NCBI RefSeq assembly: GCF_001194135.2
Contig: NC_069000.1
Location: forward strand, 34,571,709-34,613,663
Direction of reading: 5' to 3'
From: Octopus bimaculoides
Lineage: Eukaryota
Length of the DNA stretch: 41,955 bases
The notes under the pieces are model-generated. The model was not told the origin of the DNA, ran no database searches, and worked only from the letters and a program-made list of their open reading frames with translations. Below, piece after piece: positions 12,466-22,371 of this stretch. The position numbers were made by a program, and so were the translations under genes. Each line of letters begins with the position of its first letter. The stretch's first letter is position 1.

Positions 12466-12952
12466 AAAAATAGAATGGCACACACATACACACCCATTTC
12501 ATTTATATACTTTGTATCACTATCACTGGTGAAGTCATGCATCGGACAGGAATGGGCACACACACACATAGACACACTCGCAAGGCATGCACACACAAGT
12601 ATACACACCTACTGACGAGAAAATAGTTGTAGTAAAAATGACAAGCAAATATACAATGATATGTCAAGCTTTAAATGCAAAAGGAAATAACTAAAGCACT
12701 GTGTGTGTATGTATGTATGTATGTGCATATTCAAACATACAGTCGGAGAATCACCGCCCTCCGCCGTTTCCTCCTGTTAGCTGAATTAATACGAGTGCGA
12801 ACACGCTATTTTAAACGTAGCGCATTTGACATTGACATTGCTTTTATTTTTTTTTAAATATGGTATTTACTTATAGTGCCTGCCTTCTCCTCCCCCCTCT
12901 CTCTCTCTCTCTCTCTTGCTGTCATTGTGTGTATGTTTATATATACATACAT

Positions 12953-13115
12953 TCATATTCTCCAGTCATTCAGGTCCTTTGTCATCCCCTCTGTGAATTT
13001 CAAGATCTTGAGATCAGCCTTCACCACTTCGTTCTATGTCTTCTTAGGTTTTCCGCATTTGCAAACGGTCTACGTGAAGCGACCGGCACTTTTTAATATA
13101 GCTGTCCTTGTCCAT
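12953..13115 (-). pseudogene. RTE-clade LINE ORF 3' fragment, decayed
   Basis: Minus strand with frameshift gives MDKDSYIKKCRSLHV then GKPKKT*NEVVKADLKILKFTEGMTKDLNDWR, the GRPxxTW..V..DL...DRxxWR C-terminal signature. Confidence 0.7.
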
Positions 13116-13533
13116 ACCGGTTTCTTTCTTCCATACTCCATCTGATACCTTTTATACCCACTTTTCTTTTTTTTTTTTTACATATTTACATTGTGTATTC
13201 ATCAGAGCATGCTAGCTTCACTCCTTTTCTACATTTTGTCTCGCCCTCTGCATTCAAGACTCACGTCTCACTACATATTGGACATACACACGTTTCACCA
13301 AAATACTGAAATAATTACATAACTGTATAGGAGCATTATGTAATCGTGCATTTTACCTCATCAATGTCTTGCCATAACCATGCCTGGAAATACAAGCCAG
13401 GGCGATAAAGACTCGCAGTAGGTTTACTAGATCAGATCTGACATGGGTTTAACTAAACAAATACAAAAATCTGTTTTCACGTAGCCATAATCAACTCATG
13501 TATAAACATCGTTGTTTTTGCTTTATTTTACAG

Positions 13534-13571
13534 GTGACCAACTGCAGCTATGTGGATCTCGTTCTAACCGG
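13534..13571 (+). other. Candidate 38-nt micro-exon of an unidentified host gene
   Basis: Acceptor GTTGTTTTTGCTTTATTTTACAG and donor CGG|GTGAGT in unique sequence; two stop-free frames (VTNCSYVDLVLT or DQLQLCGSRSNR). Confidence 0.4.
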
Positions 13572-13696
13572 GTGAGTAAATAAATAAATGATTCGCATAG
13601 TGAGCAAATGAGAAATATGAAATATAATTAAATGAATAAATGGATTAATGAATTAACGAAAAAGAAAAGATCTGGTGACATATAAAAGTGGTGTAT

Positions 13697-14141
13697 CTAC
13701 TATTTGTTTCAGCCGTTAAACTGTGGTCATGCTGGGGCGCCGCCTTGAGGGGTTTCAGTCAAGCAAATCGACTTCAGGGCTATATTTTTTCGTTAAGTGT
13801 AGTACCTATTCTATTCATCTCTTTTGCCGAATCGATAAGTTACGAGAACGTAAACAAACCGGCATCAGTTGTCGAGCGAGAGGGGGACAAACACAAGAGC
13901 TCTCTCTCTCCCTCCCTCCCTCCGTTCCCTCCTCTCTCTCCCCTCCTCTCTCTCTCCCCTCCGCTCTCTTTCCCTCACACACACAAACGACGGGCTTCCA
14001 TACATTTTCTGCTTACGAGGTTCACCCACAAGTCATTGGTCAGTCCAGAATTATAATAGTACTTACCCAAGATATCGCGCTGTAGCACTAGACTCGAAAC
14101 CTCGTCGCTGCAAAGCTGTCTTCTTTACCCCACAGCTATGC
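13697..14141 (-). mobile_element. SINE family A, diverged full copy with (CT)n linker
   Basis: Family 3' end at 13697-13880; degenerate head GCATAGCTGTGGGGTAAAG at 14124-14141 on the minus strand. Confidence 0.85.
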
Positions 14142-14184
14142 AGGGAATCAAACCCGGGCCGCCTGGGTGAAAGCCAAGAATCCT
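14137..14184 (-). pseudogene. tRNA-Glu(UUC) 3'-part pseudogene fragment
   Basis: Minus strand AGGATTCTTGG-CTTTCAC-CCAGG-CGGCCCGGG-TTTGATT-CCC: anticodon stem-loop with TTC and T arm; 5' acceptor strand and most of the D arm missing. Confidence 0.75.
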
Positions 14185-14213
14185 CATAACACATGGAGAG
14201 GTATAAATAAGTT

Positions 14214-14676
14214 ACGTTTATCAATTTGTTTTGCAAGATTCTTGATGTGAAATCGTGTGTTGAAACAGATATTGTATTTCGGGGCGGTCATTTTTTTTTT
14301 TTTTTTGCCAAATAAACACACGTACTGTATATTCGTTCTTCACTAGTTATTACTGTTTTATTTTAACTCATGTCCGTTGTCCGGAAATCTTTCGTCACAC
14401 ATCTGTGACCTCTTCAGCGACACTTTTCGTTTTCGTATGTGTTCTTGCTCCACTTACTCCATTGAATGGAAACTGGAGTAAGTGGAGCAAGAACACACGA
14501 AAACGAAAAGTGTCGTTAAAAAGGTCACAGATGTGTGACGAAAGATTTCCGGACAATGGACAGGCGTTAAAATAAGAACATTAATAAACGAGTGAATAAC
14601 AAATATATAGTGCGTGTGTTTATTTGGCAAAAAAAAAAAAGAAAAAGAAAAATGATCGTCCCGAAATACAACTATA
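14214..14676. mobile_element. Asymmetric palindrome of a second PLE-like subfamily with hammerhead motifs
   Basis: Inverted arms about 14265-14461 and 14474-14676; left arm longer; the minus-strand arm carries an intact CTGAAGA...GAAA core. Confidence 0.8.
14378..14423 (-). ncRNA. Minimal type I hammerhead ribozyme-like motif
   Basis: Minus strand tgtcg CTGAAGA G GTCACA-gatg-TGTGAC GAA AGATTT C cggaca: intact core, 6-bp stem II, self-complementary stem III segment. Confidence 0.6.
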
Positions 14677-14783
14677 AATATGTTATTGTAATACTTGGCG
14701 ATGGTTATCTTTTGCCCACGTACTGTATATTTGATGTGCTAGACTGGAATAGGCAGGACAAATGGTGACACATGAGACGGAGA

Positions 14784-14971
14784 GTCGTTGAAGAGGTCAC
14801 AGAATGTATGACGAAAGAAGTTTGACAAATAAACTAAAAATAAAGCTGAAGTGAAGATCAAATAAACAGTCCGTGTGTTTAATTATCAAAAGATGACCGT
14901 CCCCAAATATAATATCTTTTTCAACACACGTTTTCACATCAAGAATCTTGCAAAACAAATACATAAACGTA
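14784..14971 (+). mobile_element. Third, full-tailed copy of the 14.2-14.7 kb PLE-like repeat
   Basis: GTCG TTGAAGA GGTCACAGAATGTATGAC GAAAG followed by tail that is the reverse complement of 14214-14370. Confidence 0.75.
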
Positions 14972-15002
14972 TAAATAAGTTGAAAAATATGAAATAGTGT
15001 CC

Positions 15003-15502
15003 GCAGGCATGGCTGTGTGGTAAGAAGTTTGCTTACCAACCACATGATTTGGGGTTCAGTCCCACTACGCGGTACCTTCGGCAAATGTCTTCTACTATAG
15101 CCACAGGCCGATCAAAGCCTTGTGAGAGAATTTGGTAGACNNNNNNNNNNNNNNNNNNNNNNNNNNNNNNNNNNNNNNNNNNNNNNNNNNNNNNNNNNNN
15201 NNNNNNNNNNNNNNNNNNNNNNNNNNNNNNNNNNNNNNNNNNNNNNNNNNNNNNNNNNNNNNNNNNNNNNNNNNNNNNNNNNNNNNNNNGTCCCCTCCCC
15301 ATTCCTTGATAACCTGTGTTGTTTTGCTTACGTTCCCGTGAATTAATAATCAGATCGACAAATGAGATTACCAGAATAAATGCTAGATTTAAGAAAAGGA
15401 AAAAAAAACCAAAGTACAGGGTTAGATTTGTTCGACTAAAACCCTTCATGGCGGTGCTCCAGCATGGCCGCAGTCCAATGATGGGAATGAGTAAAAAAGA
15501 TA
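15003..15502 (+). mobile_element. SINE family A, full-length, interrupted by N-gap
   Basis: Head GCAGGCATGGCTGTGTGGTAAG...GGGTTCAGTCCC; 3' end CAGCATGGCCGCAGTCCAATG. Confidence 0.9.
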
Positions 15503-16014
15503 ATGTTTAAAATATGTTGGTATGATGTGAAGACGATCGAGTCTTGCCGTTGTGAGTCGGGAGTTTCTTAGAAGGAATGAAATATGTGCTGGAACATACG
15601 AATGAAGCTGATAATCATTTTTCGCGGATTTGTTGTTGTTCTGTTCTTAATTTCCTCCGATGCTGAGATGATGTCTAGTTTCTCAGGGGATTTTTTTCCT
15701 TCTTTCTTGTTATATTAAGAAAGGGTAAGCAAATAAAAAGCTGACCTTGGAATCTCAAATTTTGAGATCTTCAGCAATGAATAGAGGTGAGAAAATTTCC
15801 AAAACTACGATAGTCACTGGAGCGAAAATATTCAAATAATAATAATAATGATGATGATGATGATGATGATGATAATCTGTTGCCATCAACATCACCACCA
15901 TTATCATCGCCGTTATCATGATGATGATGAAGATCCTATTCATCATCGACCACCGACCAGATGAATGGTGTTGAACACGCTGAGAAGATGCTAAGATTTT
16001 GAACACATGCATTC

Positions 16015-16049
<35 letters not shown>

Positions 16050-16112
16050 ATCTGTGTGTGTGTATGTGTGTGTAATTAATTTTAAGAAAACGGAGAAAAA
16101 TACAGCAAGAAA

Positions 16113-16197
16113 AAAACAACAACGCGAGGACGTAACACATGCAAAGTATTAAGACGCTCGGAGAAGGAACAGAGTAGTTGTTTTACGTTTCGAGCAT
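16113..16197 (-). mobile_element. Family D (hammerhead-like short repeat) fragment
   Basis: Minus strand GCTCGAAACGTA...CGAGCGTC...CGTCCTCGCGTTGTTGTT matches 31750-31830. Confidence 0.7.
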
Positions 16198-16526
16198 ATA
16201 TGTATATGCATTTTTATATATATGTGTGTGCGCGTGTGCTTGTGTATAATTTAGTGAGTTTGATTTGACTTCATGCAACTTAACTTTCGTAAAACTAACC
16301 TAGCTCTTCAAGTGATGGATTCGTTTTACGAGCCCACGAAAATTTAAGTTGCGTGGAACCGAATCAGACTGCTATTAAATAATATGCGTAACTCCTACCA
16401 GATGTGCTGAGATGTTTTTAACCGAAAAGCAATGTAGCATTTAATGTTAGTTCAAATCAAGATAAAATGTAACGTAAATATCTATTTATTCATTTAAAAT
16501 ATAATTGCTATCGTCACTTTAAAACC

Positions 16527-16564
<38 letters not shown>

Positions 16565-16750
16565 NNNNNNNNNNAGGTTATATAACATGAAGCCCCTGAG
16601 TGTCTCCAGGTGAAACTCGAGCAGTAAGAGGCTGACTCCACCAAAATATCATTAGCATCTACCATTGTATTGAGTACTCTTTTATTTCGACACAAACACA
16701 CACGCACACGGAAACTGATACATACACAAACATGATTATGATATACACAT

Positions 16751-16790
<40 letters not shown>

Positions 16791-17206
16791 CCACACTCAT
16801 ACAGAAGTGTGTATTCTCTATGTAATAAGAGCGAGAGTGAATGAGAGATAACTTTTCCTTGACACATAAGGCTAGACACATTTTCGATCAGTTACATAGC
16901 AACGCTTCCTCACTAACGGCTGCCATCAGGTGGCTTTTACACCAGACATCGAAAAGGAACGTATTTACGTGACATTTTCCTGTCTTCTTTACTTGAACAG
17001 TTGCGCTTCTTTGCTTCCCCGACAGCCCCATACAGCGACTCGCACAGAGAACATATATCTGTTGTTGCTACGCATCTCTTCTTCTCGTCGTCTTCTCCGT
17101 TAATATAAGTTGTTGCATCTAAGCTGTTGCTTTACGTGTGTGGATTTCTGTATACGCTTGTGAGTGAGTGTGTCTATCTATCTATCTATCTATCTACCTA
17201 TCTGTG

Positions 17207-17244
<38 letters not shown>

Positions 17245-17600
17245 TCTTTTACTTGTTTCAGTCATTTGACTGCGGCCATGCTGGAGCACCGCCTTTAGTC
17301 GAGCATATCGACCCCAGGACTTATTCTTTGTTAGCCGAGTACTTATTTTATCGGTCTATTTTGCCGAACCGCTAAGTTACGGGGACGTAAACACACCAGC
17401 ATCGGTTGTCAAGCGATGTTGGTGGGACAAACACAGACAAATGAACGCACACACACACACATATATACATATACATATATACGACGGGCTTCTTTCAGTT
17501 TCCGTCTACTAAATCCACTCACAAGGCTTTGGTCGGCCCGAGGCTATAGAAGAAGACACTTGCCCAAGGTGCCACGCAGTGGGACTGAACCCGGAACCAT
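17245..17600 (-). mobile_element. SINE family A, low-divergence copy lacking extreme head
   Basis: Close match to other family A copies throughout. Confidence 0.95.
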
Positions 17601-17611
17601 TTGTCTGTCTG

Positions 17612-17941
17612 TAACTTGTTTCAGCCATTGGACTGCGGCCTTGCTTCGAAGTTGCTTGGTCTAAGTAAATGACCCCAGTCACTAGCAGAGTAGGGGGTGC
17701 GGCAGGGGAGGTCCGTCCGGGGCGGCACACACTCTAGCTACGCTAATGACCCCAGTGCTTAATTTTCCCTAAGTCTGATATTTAACCTGTCGACCTGTTT
17801 TGCTGAATCACCCAGTTGAGAGGACGTAAACAAACCAAAACTGGTTGTTCCTCTCTCACACACGATGCGCATTCAGTTTTTCGTCTTCCAAATCCACCCC
17901 CAAGACTTTGGTCAGCCCCCGACACATAGTAGGAGATACTT
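17612..17941 (-). mobile_element. SINE family A, old copy carrying a nested MITE
   Basis: ACTTGTTTCAGCCATTGGACTGCGGCC...CCAAATCCACCCCCAAGACTTTGGTC. Confidence 0.75.
17680..17748. mobile_element. 69-bp hAT-type MITE with 8-bp target site duplication
   Basis: ACCCCAGT at 17672-17679 and 17749-17756; ends CACTAGC... and ...GCTAATG are imperfect inverted repeats; GC-rich interior. Confidence 0.7.
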
Positions 17942-18870
17942 ACACACACACACACACATACAAACATACATATATGCATGTTTGTGTGTGTGTGTGTGCA
18001 TATATATANNNNNNNNNNNNNNNNNNNNNNNNNNNNNNNNNNNNNNNNNNNNNNNNNNNNNNNNNNNNNNNNNNNNNNNNNNNNNNNNNNNNNNNNNNNN
18101 NNNNNNNNNNNNNNNNNNNNNNNNNNNNNNNNNNNNNNNNNNNNNNNNNNNNNNNNNNNNNNNNNNNNNNNNNNNNNNNNNNNNNNNNNNNNNNNNNNNN
18201 NNNNNNNNNNNNNNNNNNNNNNNNNNNNNNNNNNNNNNNNNNNNNNNNNNNNNNNNNNNNNNNNNNNNNNNNNNNNNNNNNNNNNNNNNNNNNNNNNNNN
18301 NNNNNNNNNNNNNNNNNNNNNNNNNNNNNNNNNNNNNNNNNNNNNNNNNNNNNNNNNNNNNNNNNNNNNNNNNNNNNNNNNNNNNNNNNNNNNNNNNNNN
18401 NNNNNNNNNNNNNNNNNNNNNNNNNNNNNNNNNNNNNNNNNNNNNNNNNNNNNNNNNNNNNNNNNNNNNNNNNNNNNNNNNNNNNNNNNNNNNNNNNNNN
18501 NNNNNNNNNNNNNNNNNNNNNNNNNNNNNNNNNNNNNNNNNNNNNNNNNNNNNNNNNNNNNNNNNNNNNNNNNNNNNNNNNNNNNNNNNNNNNNNNNNNN
18601 NNNNNNNNNNNNNNNNNNNNNNNNNNNNNNNNNNNNNNNNNNNNNNNNNNNNNNNNNNNNNNNNNNNNNNNNNNNNNNNNNNNNNNNNNNNNNNNNNNNN
18701 NNNNNNNNNNNNNNNNNNNNNNNNNNNNNNNNNNNNNNNNNNNNNNNNNNNNNNNNNNNNNNNNNNNNNNNNNNNNNNNNNNNNNNNNNNNNNNNNNNNN
18801 NNNNNNNNNNNNNNNNNNNNNNNNNNNNNNNNNNNNNNNNNNNNNNNNNNNNNNNNNNNNNNNNNNNNNN

Positions 18871-19320
18871 TGATCTCATATCAAGATAAACAGCGTATAA
18901 CTTCGCAGGTGGGGCCCAGTTAGAATTTTCTTCAGGTCGGGTAGCCCATCCCGCTCAAATGGTCCCTGAATAAGGTTTGTTTAAGGATGTTGAGCAAAAC
19001 ACTCATGTTTCCAAAGGTGAATTATTCAAACCCCAAAGAATTCTTCTCAACACATGGCTATGATGCTCCCCCACTACTTCTGCTCATGATCAGAGATGCA
19101 CATATCATCAGCCACCAAGGGACATGCTCAACTGCTCAAGGAGAAACAACTGAAAAGCAAATCCTTGGTATTAAGCAGAATATTTGCTGTAGCCCATCTT
19201 TTTATACCAAAACAAAACAATGTACATGATAACACTTCCAATCAATTAAGATCAGAAGCCATGAGAGCCACTGCCTGGTACTGCATCCGGGCATTTATTA
19301 TTATTATTATTATTATTAGT
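18871..19320 (+). mobile_element. Putative 3' UTR of a non-LTR retrotransposon ending in (ATT)n
   Basis: Non-coding segment ending abruptly in GGGCATTT(ATT)n; resembles a recalled octopus repeat; single copy here. Confidence 0.45.
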
Positions 19321-19351
19321 AGTAGTAGTAGTAGTAGTAGTAGTATTATTA

Positions 19352-19612
19352 AGCTAGTGCATGCTAATTAGCAAGAATGTTATTTTGAGGTTTGGTGATC
19401 AACAAGTCTCCCGACATCTCAAGAACCTTTTTTGGGATTCTTGCAGAAGATGGTAGTTTTCTGCAGATCGACAATGCCGGTCTCAGTTCCAATATCCTCC
19501 AGTTTCTCCGGTGGCAATTTCGATATTATGCCAAGTGGACCAGTTGCCACAGGAATAATTGTCTGTCTTCCACATTCTCTCTCTATCTCACTGGCTAGAT
19601 CCTGATAACCTC
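19352..19612 (-). pseudogene. Dong/R4-clade-like non-LTR retrotransposon 3' end (restriction-like endonuclease C-terminus)
   Basis: YQDLASEIERECGRQTIIPVATGPLGIISK...IGTETGIVDLQKT resembles KYQDL..EI..W...VIPVV.GALG...LQK; followed by short UTR and (TAA)/(TAC)n tail. Confidence 0.7.
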
Positions 19613-20205
19613 CTCCTCCCCCCGTCATCATCTCCTCTTCCTCCTCCTCCTCCCCCGTCATCATCTCCTCTTCCTCCTCCCCCCGTCATCATCACCTCTT
19701 CCTCCCCCTCCCCTTCATCATCTCCTCTTCCTCCTCCTCATATTGTCATCCCCTCTTCTTCCTTCCCCTCATATTGTCATTACCTCCTCTTCTTCCACCT
19801 CCTCATCGTCATCACCTCCATCTTTTCCTCCTCTACTCATTATCACCTCTTCTTCCTTCTCCTCCTCCTCATATCGTCCTTGCCTTCTTTTTCTCCTCAT
19901 ATTGTCATCACCTCCTCTTCCTCCTCCTCATTTCGTCATCTCCTCTTCCACCTCTTCATATCGTCTTCATCGCTTCCTCATATCGTCATCAAATATTTCT
20001 CCTCCTTCTCATTTCTTCATCACCCTCTTTCTCCTCCTCCTCCCCTTTTCATATCATTATCCCTCCCTTCCTCATCTGCATATCCTCCTCCTTACTCCAA
20101 GTTATTTTTAAAAGATTACTTGCGCCTCTTTGTCCCACCTCACAATCTCTCCCTCTCCCTCCTTTCCCACCCCTTTTTCCTCGCCTTCTCCTTCCCCTCT
20201 CTCAC
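19611..20205. repeat. Pyrimidine-rich (TCC/TCA) low-complexity array with about 30-bp units
   Basis: CTCCTCCTCCCCCGTCATCATCTCCTCTTC repeated about 3 times, then degenerate. Confidence 0.85.
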
Positions 20206-20644
20206 TCTCTAAAACGGTTGACACCACCCTTCATACTTACCAATGTCTAATTCTCACATATTTTTGGAATATGAGAAGCGAGCTGTAATCGAATACCCAG
20301 TATTCAGCAACGCGACTGTGGCTTTTATTTAAACTAATTAACCAACCAATTTATTTATTTAATCGTATCAGTATCGGAACGTTTATCTCAGTAACAGACA
20401 GCATTCCACCACCGACGCCGCCGCCTCTATTACCTTATCACTCACGACGGAGATTGTGGTGGTGTTGGTGGTAGTAGTGGTGGTTGTGGTGGTGATAATG
20501 ATCGTCGTAGTTGTGGAAGAAGAAGAGAAAGGAGGAGGGGGGACGTAGTTGGTTTTCCAAACGATATTTTGTCAACTTAACGAACACCGATGAAATACGT
20601 TTGCGTACGAAGTTGTAAGTTATGTTTATTTATATATATATATA

Positions 20645-21450
20645 TATATCATAGTCTTAGGTCCTCCTGCGCCGTATGGCGTATTGGGCAGCAAGGCTTC
20701 TCCAACGTGGTCGGTCGGCCGTGACGATTTCAGCTTCATCCCATGAAACGTCAATGGCTTTGAGGTCATCGATGAAGGTGAGGCGCCAAGTCGCTTTTGG
20801 TCGCCCTTGTTTCCTCTTGCCATGCGGTGGTTTCCACAGAATGGCGGTTTTCGCATGCTGCGACGATGGTAATCGGAGGACATGGCCTGCAAATAGCAAG
20901 CGGCGCTCAGTGACAACAACCTGCTGGAGTGAGTGGACGGGTATCAGTTCGGCGATGTATCTCGTCGTTGGTGATGTGGTTCTGGTATGATATTCGCAGT
21001 ATATTAAAGGCGGCGAGTTGGCAGAATCGTTAGCATGTCAGGCGAAATGCTTAGCGGTATTTCGTCCGTCTTTACGTTCTCAGTTCAAATTCCGCCGAGG
21101 TCGACTTTGCCTTGCATCCTTTCGGGGTCGATTAAATAAGTACCAGTTACGCACTGGGGTCGATGTAATCAACTTAATCCCTTTATCTGTCCTTGTTTGT
21201 CCCCTCCATGTTTAGTTCCCCCCACCCCTGTGAGCAATAAAGAAATATATACTCGCAGTATCTGCCGGGGGCTTCGTAGCTGAAATACATTGAGCCTTCG
21301 CGCGATCTTTGCTGATGTCTTCCATGTTTCCGCCGCGTATATTGCCAATTGTATGACGGTGCTGTTGAAGAGGCGCACTTTGGTCTTGGTGGAGATCGCC
21401 TTGCCTGCCCAGATGGGTTTGAGTCGTCGTAGACTCACAACCACCATTGG
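20645..21450 (-). pseudogene. RTE-clade LINE 3' end (RT C-terminus), split by a SINE B insertion
   Basis: KTKVRLFNSTVIQLAIYAAETW...QILR|ISYQNHITNDEI...RRLLFAGHVLRL...WKPPHGKRKQGRPKATW...DRPRWRSL; (TA)n tail at 20630-20648. Confidence 0.9.
21006..21248 (+). mobile_element. SINE family B, full-length, tail type 2
   Basis: Head GGCGGCGAGTTGGCAGAATCG...GTTCAAATTCC; 13-bp TSD at 20990-21002 and 21249-21261 (12/13). Confidence 0.95.
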
Positions 21451-21459
21451 TTCTGAGTG

Positions 21460-21963
21460 ACTGGCCGTAAGTTGATTTGGTCGTAAGTCGGGCTATAGGC
21501 CTACATAGCTTTGTTTCATATTTTTACATTCTTAAGGTATATTTTCAGGTAAAAGTCACACACACCATTCTGTACTATACTACAACAGTATTATTTGTTC
21601 ATAGAAAGGCACCAGAGAATGCAAATACAAGAAATACACTGTGTAGTGTAAGAAACAGTCGCACTCTATCGAGCCTGGCGTTACTCAAAGCTTTCGGCGT
21701 TTCCAGCAGTCGTCTTATAAACAAATACTAGGTTACCTCGATGTCTCCGCGACAGAATATTCATCCAACAGTTGGGATAACCACAACGGCGATCAATAAC
21801 CAAACTTAGGGTTAGCCTTTGTTAGGTGACGTCATCCGTTGACGGGTTAATTTCTAAGGAATTAAACCCATTAAATTTCAACTGGACTATTTTTTATTGC
21901 TGTCGGTTGCTGGCGCGCCGATCGTCGTAAAGTCGATCGGTCGTAAGTCGATGACGACCTGTA
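21460..21963. mobile_element. pogo/Tigger-like non-autonomous element, right portion
   Basis: Terminus GGTCGTAAGTCGATGACGACCTG|TA (reverse CAGGTCGTCATCGACTTACGACC) and subterminal GTCGTAAGTCG repeats at about 21463, 21479 and 21923. Confidence 0.55.
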
Positions 21964-22065
21964 ATATAAAACAATTAAAAACTTTGTACGCAAATGTATC
22001 TGTACACACACGCACACAAACGTATATCTGTGTGCATGTGTATTTGTACACACACGTATATATAT

Positions 22066-22371
22066 CTTTTACTTGTTTCAGTCATTAGACTGCGGCCACG
22101 CTGGGGCACCGCCTTGAAGAATTTATAGTCGAATATATCGACCCGAGTACTTCTTTCTAAGCCTGACACTTATTTTATCGCTCTTTGGCCGAACCGTTAA
22201 GTACGGGGACATAAACACACCAACAACGGTTGTCAAGCAGTGGAGGTGGGGCCAAACAGACACAAAGATACATTCATACATTCATACATTCATACATACA
22301 TACATACATGCATGCATACATATACGATGGGCTTCTTTCAATTTCTGTCTACCAAATCCACTCACAAGGCT
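22066..22371 (-). mobile_element. SINE family A, head-truncated
   Basis: Family 3' end and linker; stops at CACAAGGCT. Confidence 0.9.

Noticed and set aside
15748-15772. CTGAAGA followed by hairpin TCTCAA-AAT-TTGAGA (minus)
   Set aside because: No GAAA after the hairpin; not a hammerhead.
16891-16903. GTTACATAGCAAC, RFX X-box-like
   Set aside because: Imperfect match with no promoter evidence; expected by chance in 42 kb.
19559-20250. Ser/Pro/Leu-rich ORFs of 122-217 aa
   Set aside because: All three frames are open because of TCC/TCA low complexity; no domain signal.
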